Of a DNA stretch of 64,000 nucleotides, positions 1-9,183 are shown in pieces (position 1 is the first letter of the stretch; each line of letters opens with the position of its first letter). The translations under genes and the position numbers were made by a program. The stretch spans positions 1,248,001 through 1,312,000 of the forward strand of contig CAVZVA010000010.1 in NCBI GenBank assembly GCA_963778655.1. Direction: 5' to 3'. Under the pieces are notes generated by a model, which saw only the letters and a list, made by a program, of their open reading frames with translations, made no database searches and was not told the origin of the DNA. This DNA comes from an uncultured delta proteobacterium (GTDB taxonomy: Bacteria > Myxococcota_A > Polyangia > Polyangiales > JAFGIB01).

Positions 1-641
1 TCGGCCTTGACCTCTTTGAGGTCGTAGGTCGGCAGGTACTGGCGCAGCGCGCTGAGCCCTTTGGAGAGCGAGGGCCCGTCGTGCCCCCCGAGCACGCCCA
101 CCTCGGTCTTCTCGCCCACCATCTCCTTGAGGATCTGGGTGACCGAGTACTCGAGACCCTCGGCGGTGTCGATGTGCTTGAGCGCCTTGACGTCGCCGAG
201 ATAGTGAAACGCCACGCCGCGATAGCCCTCGTGCACGCTGAAGCTGTCGGATTCGAGCTTCTGGTCCTGCATGCGGTCGATGCCGTCGCGCTCCGCGGCC
301 TGCTTCTGCTCGTCGGTCTGCGGCTCGACGATGCGCAGCGTGATCTTGCCGTGCGAGGCGTCGCGGTACTCGGCCAGCAGGTCGCGCACGTAGCGCTCGA
401 GCGCGTTGTAGGGCGGCGGCAGGTCCTTGCTGAAGTACGCGACGATCTCCATCTCGTCCTTCAGGCCCGAGGCCAGCCGGCGCGAGCCCTTGGAGAGCGA
501 AAACACGTGGGCCGAGGTGGTGTCGGCGTGCACGCCGACGCCGAACGCCCCGAGCACGTTGACCAGGACCAGGATGGCCCCGAACACCAACAGAAACAGC
601 GCCGATTCGCTGCGCAGGCGGGTTTTGGTGGGTGCAGCCAT
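1..641 (-). CDS. GldG-like ABC transporter auxiliary component (3' end runs off window)
   Basis: Hand-translated from ATG at 641: MAAPTKTRLRSESALFLLVFGAILVLVNVL...FSLSKGS...VAYFSKDLPPPY...VRDLLAEY...GLEYSVTQIL...GVLGGH; directly downstream of ABC permease. Confidence 0.8.
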   Translation of the reverse strand, partial: MAAPTKTRLRSESALFLLVFGAILVLVNVLGAFGVGVHADTTSAHVFSLSKGSRRLASGLKDEMEIVAYFSKDLPPPYNALERYVRDLLAEYRDASHGKITLRIVEPQTDEQKQAAERDGIDRMQDQKLESDSFSVHEGYRGVAFHYLGDVKALKHIDTAEGLEYSVTQILKEMVGEKTEVGVLGGHDGPSLSKGLSALRQYLPTYDLKEVKA

Positions 642-644
642 CGC

Positions 645-1355
645 TCAGCTCCAGCGCCGGCTCTCGAGCGACCGGAAGGCCAGCGTCAGGCTGAAGCCGA
701 TCACCGAGAGGAAATACAGCACGTCGCGCGAGTCGATCACGCCGCGCAGCATGTTGTCGTAGTGGTAGTCGAACGAGATCCACTCCACCGTGGAGGCGAT
801 GCTCTGGGGCAAGAAGGGCAGGAAGCGCGCGATGATCCAGAGCGCGAAGCACATGATGCCGCCGGCGAAGAACGCGATCAGCTGGTTCTCGGTCCAGCTC
901 GATGCCAGCACGCCGATCGCCAGCATCGCCGCGCCTTGCAGCAGCACCGCCAAGTAGCCGGCGAATACCGGACCCCAGTCCAGGTGCCCGAGCGTGCTGA
1001 CGCTGATCGGGTAGGGCACCGTCAGCAGCAGCAGCACGCACAGCAGCCCGAGCGCGCCCAGGAACTTGCCGAGGATCACCTCGGTGTCCTTGAGCGGCAT
1101 CGTCAGCAGCACCTCGAGCGTGCCGGTGCGCTTCTCCTCGGCCAGCAGGGCCATCGTCATCGCCGGCGCGGTCGGCAGCAGCAGCACGCTCATCAGGTCG
1201 AACATCTCGCGTACCGACGCGCGGTTGATCAGGAAGAAGGGGTTCCAGAAGAACACCCCCATCAGCACCAGGAACAGGCAGATGACGATATAAGCCGCAG
1301 GCCCGTTGAAGTAGCTCACGAGCTCGCGCTTGGCGATGATCAGCGTTCTTGGCAT
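645..1355 (-). CDS. ABC-2 type permease (GldF-like)
   Basis: IAKRELVSYFNGP, AEEKRTGTLEVLLTMP, GKFLG, RGVIDSRD; GGAG RBS before ATG at 1355. Confidence 0.9.
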   Translation of the reverse strand: MPRTLIIAKRELVSYFNGPAAYIVICLFLVLMGVFFWNPFFLINRASVREMFDLMSVLLLPTAPAMTMALLAEEKRTGTLEVLLTMPLKDTEVILGKFLGALGLLCVLLLLTVPYPISVSTLGHLDWGPVFAGYLAVLLQGAAMLAIGVLASSWTENQLIAFFAGGIMCFALWIIARFLPFLPQSIASTVEWISFDYHYDNMLRGVIDSRDVLYFLSVIGFSLTLAFRSLESRRWS

Positions 1356-1454
1356 CGTGGGCTCCTGCTTGCGCGACGCGGCGCTCGCGGCGCCCCCGCC
1401 GTGATCTGCCGATACGTTGTGCTCATGGGTCAATGCTTCGCTTTGCATGACGGC

Positions 1455-2450
1455 TCAGCTCGCACCCGTGGTCGCGCTGCCCGCGGAGGCCGCGTCTTCG
1501 GGACCGGTGGTCAGCTCGCGGAAGATCTGCTCCAGGCCTTGGCCCTCGCGCCACAACCCGACCATGGTCAGGCCATTGTCGACCGCCGCCTTGAACAGCA
1601 CGGGGCGCAGGTCGTCGCTGCCCTTGGGCAGCGCCTCGAAGCGCAGCTCGCCGGGGTCGGAGTCGAGCCGACGCACGCGCTCGACGCCCGCGAGCGCCTT
1701 GAGCTGGGCGTCGGTCTTGTCGGCGAAGCCGTTGCCCTTGTCGAGCACGGCGACCACGTAGCGGCTCTTGCCGGCGCGGTCGCGCAGGCCGTCGGGCGTG
1801 TCGTCGGCGACGATGCGGCCCTTCGAGATGATCAGCACGCGGCTGCAGGCGACCTGCACCTCGGCCAGGTTATGGGTGGAGAGCACCACCGTGCGCTCGC
1901 GGCCGATGTTCTTGATCAGGTCGCGGATCTCGACCGCCTGGTTCGGGTCGAGCCCGCTCATCGGCTCGTCCATGATCAGGATGGGCGGCTGGTGCAGCAG
2001 CGCCTGGGCCAGGCCCACGCGCTGCCTGTAGCCCTTGGAGAGCGTGCGGATGGTCTTGGCGTAGACGTCTCCCAGGCCCGTCTCCTCGACCACCACCTTG
2101 ATGCGCTTCTGCGCCTCGTCCTTGGCGACGCCGCGAACCTCGGCCACGAACTGCAGGTACTCGAGCACCAGCATGTCGGGATACAGCGGGTTGTTCTCCG
2201 GCAGGTAGCCGATCGCGGCGCGGGCGGCCAGCGAGTCCATGACCACGTCGTGACCCTGCACGCTCGCGCTGCCCTCGCTGGGCGCGGTGAAGCAGGTCAG
2301 GATGCGCATGGTCGTGGATTTGCCCGCGCCGTTGGGGCCGAGAAAGCCCAACACCTCGCCGCGGTTGACCTTCATGCTGACCTTGTCCAGAGCCAGCACG
2401 CCGTCATAGCGTTTCACCAGCTCACGGGCTTCGATCATCGCTTCGCTCAT
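1455..2450 (-). CDS. ABC transporter ATP-binding protein (GldA-like)
   Basis: Walker A GPNGAGKST, signature LSKGYRQR, Walker B ILIMDEP, H-loop STH. Confidence 0.95.
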   Translation of the reverse strand: MSEAMIEARELVKRYDGVLALDKVSMKVNRGEVLGFLGPNGAGKSTTMRILTCFTAPSEGSASVQGHDVVMDSLAARAAIGYLPENNPLYPDMLVLEYLQFVAEVRGVAKDEAQKRIKVVVEETGLGDVYAKTIRTLSKGYRQRVGLAQALLHQPPILIMDEPMSGLDPNQAVEIRDLIKNIGRERTVVLSTHNLAEVQVACSRVLIISKGRIVADDTPDGLRDRAGKSRYVVAVLDKGNGFADKTDAQLKALAGVERVRRLDSDPGELRFEALPKGSDDLRPVLFKAAVDNGLTMVGLWREGQGLEQIFRELTTGPEDAASAGSATTGAS

Positions 2451-2485
2451 CAGGGCCTCGTTCTTCAAAGCGCGCAGCGGCGGCG

Positions 2486-2513
2486 ATGGTAGTCGCCACC
2501 CCAGCCCAGTCAA
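2486..2513 (-). promoter_or_regulatory. Putative sigma70 promoter of ABC operon
   Basis: Minus strand TTGACT-N16-TACCAT about 35 nt upstream of ATG at 2450. Confidence 0.5.
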
Positions 2514-2676
2514 GCTGGCCACGGCGCCGTGGTTAACCCCACCGCCAGCGGTTTATTCCGTTGCCGTAAGGGTTTGTCCATGAGGGCGGGGAGGGGCACT
2601 TGGCTCCGTCAGCGGGGAGGGCTCCGTCCCGGCCCCGGCGCTCGGGCGGGGCCGGGGTAAGGCCGTCCGCGCGCGG

Positions 2677-3450
2677 TCAGCGCACGTAGGTCCAGCTCAC
2701 CTCGGGCTTGCGCTCCAGGTGCACGTGGTTTTCGTGTGCGCGATCGCCGTTGGGCGTGATCACGATCTGGAACAGATTGCGGCGGACCGCGTCGCACACC
2801 ACCGTGCGCAGTAGGCGCGAGGGCCAGGCCTCCTCGGGCCTGCGCGGACAGGGCGGGCTGCCGAGGTCGCGCTCTTCCCAGTCGTTCTCCACGTCGAGCG
2901 AGGTGCCGTTGCTCAGGTCGAAGCGCGCCGCGTCGATCGCCAGAGCGTGCGCGTGGCCGCTGACGTGGCCGGAGCCGTGTACGCGCGCGCCCGGCCGGTA
3001 GATCGAGATGTGCTCGATGCGGGTCACGCCCGCCTGGCGCAGCGTCGGCGCCCACGCCAGCAACGCCAGCGCCAGCCGGCAGTCGAGCACCGCGTGCAGC
3101 GGGCGCTTGCTGCCGCGCGCGACCACGCTCACGCCGCCAATCGGCCCGCGCAGCCGCAGCGGCATCTGAACGCCGCGCGCCTGATCGGGCGCCACGCGGG
3201 CGAAGGCCACGCCCGCGGCCTCGAGCGCCGCGTAGCATGTCTCGGGGCTGCGGCCGGCCTGCGCGCGGGCGCGCTGCGCCGGGTCCGACCAGTGGCTCAG
3301 CGGCTTGACCGAGCCCGGCGCGCTGCGCTCCGCCGCGGGCTGTCCCAGCTCGCGCGCCGGTGCCCCGATGATGGGGATCGCGCAGCCGCCGGCCCAGAGC
3401 CAGACCGCGGCCAGCAGCAGTCGGCAGGCCAGCGCGCGCGGGCGAGTCAT
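2677..3450 (-). CDS. Extensin-like C-terminal domain lipoprotein (peptidase M15-like fold)
   Basis: Lipobox-like AGGC; LDCRLA; SGHAHALAIDAARF and HENHVHLE metal motifs. Confidence 0.75.
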   Translation of the reverse strand: MTRPRALACRLLLAAVWLWAGGCAIPIIGAPARELGQPAAERSAPGSVKPLSHWSDPAQRARAQAGRSPETCYAALEAAGVAFARVAPDQARGVQMPLRLRGPIGGVSVVARGSKRPLHAVLDCRLALALLAWAPTLRQAGVTRIEHISIYRPGARVHGSGHVSGHAHALAIDAARFDLSNGTSLDVENDWEERDLGSPPCPRRPEEAWPSRLLRTVVCDAVRRNLFQIVITPNGDRAHENHVHLERKPEVSWTYVR

Positions 3451-3503
3451 GCCTTGGGCATCACCCAGGGCCGGCGCGGGGTCAATTTTTCTGCGCCCGC
3501 GCG

Positions 3504-4097
3504 CTACTGCGCTTCGAGATTCGAGAGCACGAACTGCAGCCGGTACCCGTTGAGCCCGGGCAGATCGCCCACGGCGCGTCCGTTCTTCAAGTTGGCGTCG
3601 TTGTACTCCCAGCGGGTGTGCTCGGCGTCCTCGCCGCCGACCATGGCCCCCACCGGGGTTTCGACCGCCAGCGCCACGTCGCCCCAGCCCTGCGGATACG
3701 ATGCGAGCGGGATCGAGACCTCGATGGTCTTGCCGTCGGGCGCATCCACCCCCGGCGAGAACACGAAGATCGGCCCGACCGGCCGCTCGTGCTCCTGATT
3801 ATAGAAGGCCGTGCTCTTGGGCGCCTCTTCGAGCACGAAGTCCTGCGGCGAGCTGAGCGCGCCGGCGGGGATCTCGACCCTGGGCCCGCTGGACAGCTCG
3901 AGCGAGCCGCCGGCGGGGCCGACCTTGGCCGCCACGCGGCTGCTGCCGCTGGCGTGGACCGGGGCGCTCGACATCACCTCACCGCCGCTGCTCGCGCTGC
4001 CGCCGGGCGCGGTCGCGCCCGGAGAGCCGCCTTCGCTGCCACAGCCGAGCAGCGCCAGCAGGGTGGCGACAAATCCGAACCGAATCGCTCGTCTCAT
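3504..4097 (-). CDS. Lipoprotein with ZU5-like domain
   Basis: Lipobox LLGC; VGPAGGSLELSSGPRVEIPAGAL; AAGGAG RBS. Confidence 0.65.
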   Translation of the reverse strand: MRRAIRFGFVATLLALLGCGSEGGSPGATAPGGSASSGGEVMSSAPVHASGSSRVAAKVGPAGGSLELSSGPRVEIPAGALSSPQDFVLEEAPKSTAFYNQEHERPVGPIFVFSPGVDAPDGKTIEVSIPLASYPQGWGDVALAVETPVGAMVGGEDAEHTRWEYNDANLKNGRAVGDLPGLNGYRLQFVLSNLEAQ

Positions 4098-4276
4098 CAC
4101 CGGCTCCTTCCCCTTTTGAATCCGTTGCACGCGAGCTGGAGATGGATATGCGGGCTCGCGCGTTGATCCCGGAGCCCGTCCCCATCACGCTTGCAGATAC
4201 GGGTCGGAGCATAGGAGCCCTGCGGCCAAATGGCCAGCCCGTGCGTGCCGGTGCACGCCACGAGGAAACCGCGCGA

Positions 4277-5686
4277 ATGCAGAGCATGCCCGAGGTCAGG
4301 GACGGTCCTGGCAACGCACAGGCGGGTGAGGAAGGTGCGCGCGGCGTGGCGCTGTGGCGTTCTGTGCTGCAGGGGGAGTGGGCGCGCGTGCGTCGGTTGG
4401 CGGAGCTGTTTCCCTGGACCCCGCTGGGGCTGGCGCTCGGCTTCGGGGCGTACGCCGCGGTGCGCTTGCTGGCGCGCGCGCAGCTCGACCTGGTCTGGCT
4501 GGTGGTCGGCTACGTGGGACTCGGCCTCGCGCTGCTGAGCCCGCTTGCGGTATTGCTCTGCGCGCTCTGGCTCAAGCTGCGCGGGTCACTACCGCACGCG
4601 GGTGAGGCGCTGGTGCTGGAGACCGGGACCTTCGCCGAGACCGGCTTCGCGCTGCCGCTGCCCTGGTACTTGCCGCTGATCCAGCTGCGCTGGGATTGGG
4701 TCGCGCCGGCCGGGGTGCGCGTCGAGCAGCGCCGCGCGCGCGGCGCGCTCCGCGAGTGGGTGCAGGCGGCCGAGCGCGGCCGCTTCGAGCGCATCGAGCG
4801 CCGGTTGTTCGTGGCCGACCCCTTCGGCCTGAGCCGCGTCGCGCTGCGGCTGCCGCAGACGCGCGCGCTCGACGTGCTGCCGCGGCTCGGGGGCTTGCGC
4901 CACTTGCCCTCGCTCAGGGCCTTCGCTTCGGGCGACGCGATGCCGCACCCGATGGGTCTGGAGGACGGCGACCGGCTGGAGCTGCGCCGCTACGCGCCCG
5001 GGGATCCGGCGCGCTTCATCCACTGGAAGGTGCTCTCGCGCACGCGCAAGCTGATGGTCCGCACGCCCGAGCGCGCGCTGTCGCTGGCGCGCCGCACCGC
5101 CGCCTTTCTGGTCGCCGGCGAGCGCGACGACGCCTCCGCCGCCGCCGCGCGGCTCGGGCTCGAGCGGCGCCTGCTGGGCAGCGACTGGACCTTCGGCACC
5201 GACCAGGAGCTGGGCGGCTGCAGCGAGCTCGGCGCCGCGCTCGACGCGTTGATGCGCAGCCGCGCCGCGCGCGCGCGCGGCGGCGAAGGGCTGTGGCCCT
5301 TCGTGCAGCAGGTCGAGCGCCAGGGGCCGGCCAGCCTGGTCGTGTTCGCGCCCAGCTGCCCCGGCGCCTGGCTGGCGCGGGTTGCCGACGTCGCCCGCCG
5401 GCGCAAGCTGCGGGTCGTGATCGGCGTCGACGGAGTTTACGAACGCGCGCGCGCGCCGCTGTGGCGCCGCCTGCTCGCGCTGCCGCGGGCGGCCAGCGGT
5501 ACCGCCGCGGCCGGACTCGAGCAGGTGGTGGGCACGCTCGCCCAGGCCGGCGCCGAAGTGACCGTGCTCGATCGCGGCAGCGGGCGGCCGCTCGGCCTGC
5601 TGCAGCGCCGCGCCATGCTCGGGCCAGTGGTCCAGCCATCGCGCGGAGCCCCGCGTGCAACACGCTTGAAGCAAGGAGCGACGTGA
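4277..5686 (+). CDS. DUF58 family protein
   Basis: N-terminal TM helices, DPFGL, LRRYAPGDPARFIHWK; start chosen from GAGG RBS. Confidence 0.85.
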   Translation: MQSMPEVRDGPGNAQAGEEGARGVALWRSVLQGEWARVRRLAELFPWTPLGLALGFGAYAAVRLLARAQLDLVWLVVGYVGLGLALLSPLAVLLCALWLKLRGSLPHAGEALVLETGTFAETGFALPLPWYLPLIQLRWDWVAPAGVRVEQRRARGALREWVQAAERGRFERIERRLFVADPFGLSRVALRLPQTRALDVLPRLGGLRHLPSLRAFASGDAMPHPMGLEDGDRLELRRYAPGDPARFIHWKVLSRTRKLMVRTPERALSLARRTAAFLVAGERDDASAAAARLGLERRLLGSDWTFGTDQELGGCSELGAALDALMRSRAARARGGEGLWPFVQQVERQGPASLVVFAPSCPGAWLARVADVARRRKLRVVIGVDGVYERARAPLWRRLLALPRAASGTAAAGLEQVVGTLAQAGAEVTVLDRGSGRPLGLLQRRAMLGPVVQPSRGAPRATRLKQGAT

Positions 5687-7944
5687 GCGGAGCGAGCCAC
5701 GCGCAGGGGGGGACCCCCAACGGCTTTGCCGGTGAGGCGGGGAGGGCGCGTGCCCTGCCCGGCTTGCAGCCCGAGCGCGCGCTCGACGAGCCGCTGCTCG
5801 CGGCGTGCCTGCGGCCGCTGGTCTACCTGTGCGCGGTGTTCGTGTTCGCGTTTCCCCTGTGTACCCCCTCGGTGGCGCTCGCGGTGGCGCTCGGGGCCGG
5901 GCTGGGCGCGCTGTTGGGCCGGCCGCTCGCGGGCACGCGCCTGCGGTTGTGGCCGCTCGCGCTCGGCACCGGCTTGGCGCTCGCGCTCACCTCGCTGCTG
6001 CGCGCGCTGCTGCTCGACGGCACGCTGCTGCCCGCCTGGCTCGGGCCCGCGCGCGCGCTCGGCACCGCCAATGCGCTGTGTCTGGGCCTCGGCGCCGCGC
6101 TGCTGGCCACGACGCTGCGCGCGTTCGCGCTGCGCCAGAAGCTGTACCGCGCGCTCGAGGTCGCGTTCGTGGGCGCGGCCTTCGCGCAGCTGGTGGCCGG
6201 TCACCGCGGCGGCGCGATCAACCGGCCGTTCTGGCTGGCCGATTCGATCATCGCCCGCGGCGGCGACCCGACCTACGCGCTGCTCGTCGTCGGCGCGGTG
6301 GCCGCGGTCGCCAGCGTGGTGCTGCTGCTCTCGGAGCGCAGCGCGCTGCGCTCCGGCCTGCACCTGCTGCTCGCCCTGCTGCTGCTCGCGCTGGTGCTGC
6401 TCACCACGCGCATGCTGGGGTTGCCGCACGCCGATGTCGCTTCCTCGGGGCTCGGCCTGCGGCCGAACAAGGACGCCGATCGCCAGCACCGGGGCCGCCC
6501 GCGCGGCGGCAAGAGCGACGGCTCGACCGACAACGAGCAGCTCGAGTTCCGCGACAACTACGATGAGAACGGGCGCCAGGTGCCGCTCGCGGTGGTGCTG
6601 CTGCACGACGACTACTCGCCGCCCGGCGGCATCTATTACTTCCGGCAGGCCGCGTTCAGCCAGTACAACGGCCGGCGTCTGATCCGCGCCACGCGCTCCG
6701 ACGTGGATACCGACATCGCGCCCGGCTTCGTCGGCGGGCCGACCAAGCTCGCGCCCGTGCCCAACGAGCGCGGCGACCGGGTCGAGCTCGAGACCACGGT
6801 AGCGATGCTGGCCGACCACAACCGGCCGTTCGCGCTCGAGTCGCCGGTGGAGCTGATGCCTGAGCGCAACCCCGACCCGGGCCGCTTCCGCCGCGCCTAC
6901 CGCGTGATCTCCGAGGCCTTCGACGCCGACTACGACTCGCTGCTCGGCCAGGGCGTGGGCGATCCGAGCTGGAGCGCGGACCAGCTCGCGCACTACCTGC
7001 AGGCGCCGAGCGATCCGCGCTACGCCGCGCTCGCGCAGCAGATCGTGGCCGGCATTCCGCAGGGCCTGCGCGACGACAAGGTGGCGCAGGCCGCAGCGGT
7101 CACGCTGTGGCTCGGCCACGAGGGCATCTACAGCCTGCGCAGCAGCCATGCCAAGGCGAAGGACCCGACGGCGGACTTCCTGTTCGGCGACCGCACCGGC
7201 TACTGCGTGCACTTCGCGCACGCGGCGGTGTACCTGATGCGCACGCTCGGCATCCCGTCGCGGGTCGGCTCGGGCTACGCGGTCGAGGAATCGGCGCGTC
7301 AGGGCGGCTCGGCGATCCTGCTGGCGGGGGCCAACGCGCACGCCTGGCCCGAGGTCTACGTGCGGGGCACCGGCTGGGTGGTGCTCGACGTCTCGCCCGA
7401 GCGCAGCCTCGACCCGCCGGTGCGCCCGCCCGACCCGGACCTGCAACGGCTGCTGGGCGAGATGGCGCGCGGCGACAAGCCGCTGCCGCAAGGCGAGCAG
7501 AAGCTGCTCGAGCCGTTCGCGCGCCAGCTGCGCCTCGCGCTGCTCGTGCTCGGGTTCGCCTGCGCGGTGCTGCTGGGCGCGTCGTTGCAGCTCGGTTACA
7601 GCATCAAGCTCTGGCGCCAGCTCGTGCCCGCGCTGGCGTCGCCCCGCAGCGCCGCGCGCGTGATCTATCGGGCCAAGCTGGATCGCCTGACCGAGGTCGG
7701 GCTGCGGCGCGCGTACGGCGAGACGCGCGAGGGCTTCGCGGCGCGCGCGTCGCAGCTGACGCCGAGCTTCGTACCGCTCACCGCCGCGCTGGTCGGCACG
7801 CGCTTCGGGCGCAAACAGCTCGCGGATCGGGCGGCGTTGCGGCCGCTTTCGGATGCGGTCGAGCGCGAGCTCTGGCGCAGCGTGCCGTGGTGGCGGCGGG
7901 TGCTCGGCCTGCTCAACCCGTTTTCATGGCTCGCTTCCCGGTGA
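5683..7944 (+). CDS. Multi-pass membrane transglutaminase-like protein (TgpA type)
   Basis: GTGA overlap with DUF58 stop; triad motifs GYCVHFA, HAWPEVY, GWVVLD. Confidence 0.88.
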   Translation: MSGASHAQGGTPNGFAGEAGRARALPGLQPERALDEPLLAACLRPLVYLCAVFVFAFPLCTPSVALAVALGAGLGALLGRPLAGTRLRLWPLALGTGLALALTSLLRALLLDGTLLPAWLGPARALGTANALCLGLGAALLATTLRAFALRQKLYRALEVAFVGAAFAQLVAGHRGGAINRPFWLADSIIARGGDPTYALLVVGAVAAVASVVLLLSERSALRSGLHLLLALLLLALVLLTTRMLGLPHADVASSGLGLRPNKDADRQHRGRPRGGKSDGSTDNEQLEFRDNYDENGRQVPLAVVLLHDDYSPPGGIYYFRQAAFSQYNGRRLIRATRSDVDTDIAPGFVGGPTKLAPVPNERGDRVELETTVAMLADHNRPFALESPVELMPERNPDPGRFRRAYRVISEAFDADYDSLLGQGVGDPSWSADQLAHYLQAPSDPRYAALAQQIVAGIPQGLRDDKVAQAAAVTLWLGHEGIYSLRSSHAKAKDPTADFLFGDRTGYCVHFAHAAVYLMRTLGIPSRVGSGYAVEESARQGGSAILLAGANAHAWPEVYVRGTGWVVLDVSPERSLDPPVRPPDPDLQRLLGEMARGDKPLPQGEQKLLEPFARQLRLALLVLGFACAVLLGASLQLGYSIKLWRQLVPALASPRSAARVIYRAKLDRLTEVGLRRAYGETREGFAARASQLTPSFVPLTAALVGTRFGRKQLADRAALRPLSDAVERELWRSVPWWRRVLGLLNPFSWLASR

Positions 7945-8151
7945 ATCCGCGGTCATGATTCGAAGATGGACGATAGGCTTCAGTGACTGGGAGGGGCACG
8001 CGCCGCTCCTGCCCCGCCAGCAGAGCTGTCGGGGCTCCGAAGCCTGGGCGATTCCGACAACCACCCTGGACCTTGCGCGGGGTCGCTTCGCTCCAACCGC
8101 AGCGCGAGGGTCCTCGCGCCGGGCTGGCGCTCTTGGCATTGGGGAATCAGC

Positions 8152-9183
8152 ATGACCGACGTGATCGTGGACGCGACGCCTGAGACCGAAGCCACGCAGC
8201 AGGCCGACGCGCTGTCGGCCGCCCGCGCCGTGATCGAGCGGCTTACTCGCCGCGCGCGGGCCGTGGTGGTGGGCCGCGACGACGTGATCGAGCTGGTGCT
8301 GATCGCGCTGCTGGCCGATGGGCACGTGCTGCTCGAGGACTACCCGGGCTCGGGCAAGACCACGCTCGCGCGTTGCCTGGGCGATTCGCTCGAGAGCCAG
8401 AGCGGCGCGCCGATCGCGCCCTTCCGGCGCATCCAGTTCACGCCTGACCTGCTGCCGAGCGACGTCACCGGTACCGCGGTTTTCGACCTCGAGCACAGCC
8501 GCTTCGTGTTCCGGCCAGGCCCGATCTTCGCCCACATCGTGCTGGCCGACGAGATCAACCGCACCTCGCCCAAGGTGCAGGCCGCGATGCTCGAGGCGAT
8601 GGCCGAGAAGCAGGTCACCATCGACAACGAGACCCACCCGCTCGACGAGCTGTTCTTCGTGATCGCGACCCAGAACCCGCTCGACGTCGCCGGCACCTAT
8701 CCGTTGCCGACGCCGCAGCTCGATCGCTTCCTGTTCAAGATCGCGATGCACCATATCGAGCGCGAGGCCGAGCTCGACGTGCTCAACCAGTATCCGCGCC
8801 CCAGCCTGGAGCTGGGGCGCAGCTTGCCGCGGGTCAACCGCGTCGAGTTGCTGGCGGGGCGGCGCGCGATCCGCGGCGGCGTGCACATTGCCCCGCAGAT
8901 CCGCGAGGCGCTGGTCGACCTGGCGCGCGGGCTGCGCGCCGACGAGCGCGTGCTGCAGGGCGCGTCCACGCGCTCGCTGGTGCTGATGCTGCCCGCGCTG
9001 CAGGTGCGCGCGCTGATGCACGGGCGCGACTACGTCGCACCCGAGGATGTCGGCGCGCTCGCGGTGCCGATCTTTGGCCACCGCATCGAGTGCGTGCCCG
9101 GCGTGCTGGACAAGGCCGAGGTGGTGCGCGCCAGCCTCGCGCCCGTGCTCGAGCGCCTGGCCCGCGAGAGCCTGTCGCGATGA
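8152..9183 (+). CDS. MoxR family AAA+ ATPase
   Basis: HVLLEDYPGSGKT, RIQFTPDLLPSD, LADEINR, ATQNP, QLDRF. Confidence 0.95.
   Translation: MTDVIVDATPETEATQQADALSAARAVIERLTRRARAVVVGRDDVIELVLIALLADGHVLLEDYPGSGKTTLARCLGDSLESQSGAPIAPFRRIQFTPDLLPSDVTGTAVFDLEHSRFVFRPGPIFAHIVLADEINRTSPKVQAAMLEAMAEKQVTIDNETHPLDELFFVIATQNPLDVAGTYPLPTPQLDRFLFKIAMHHIEREAELDVLNQYPRPSLELGRSLPRVNRVELLAGRRAIRGGVHIAPQIREALVDLARGLRADERVLQGASTRSLVLMLPALQVRALMHGRDYVAPEDVGALAVPIFGHRIECVPGVLDKAEVVRASLAPVLERLARESLSR

Noticed and set aside
1..2450. Bacteroidetes-type gliding machinery
   Set aside because: GldAFG-like ABC systems are widespread outside Bacteroidetes; no other gld/spr genes here
4696..5682. Long N-terminal extensions in the ORF track (TGase; likewise TetR, DUF2169, barrel, prpE, upp)
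   Set aside because: Arg/Ala-rich off-frame reads of neighbouring genes; better starts are supported by overlaps or RBSs
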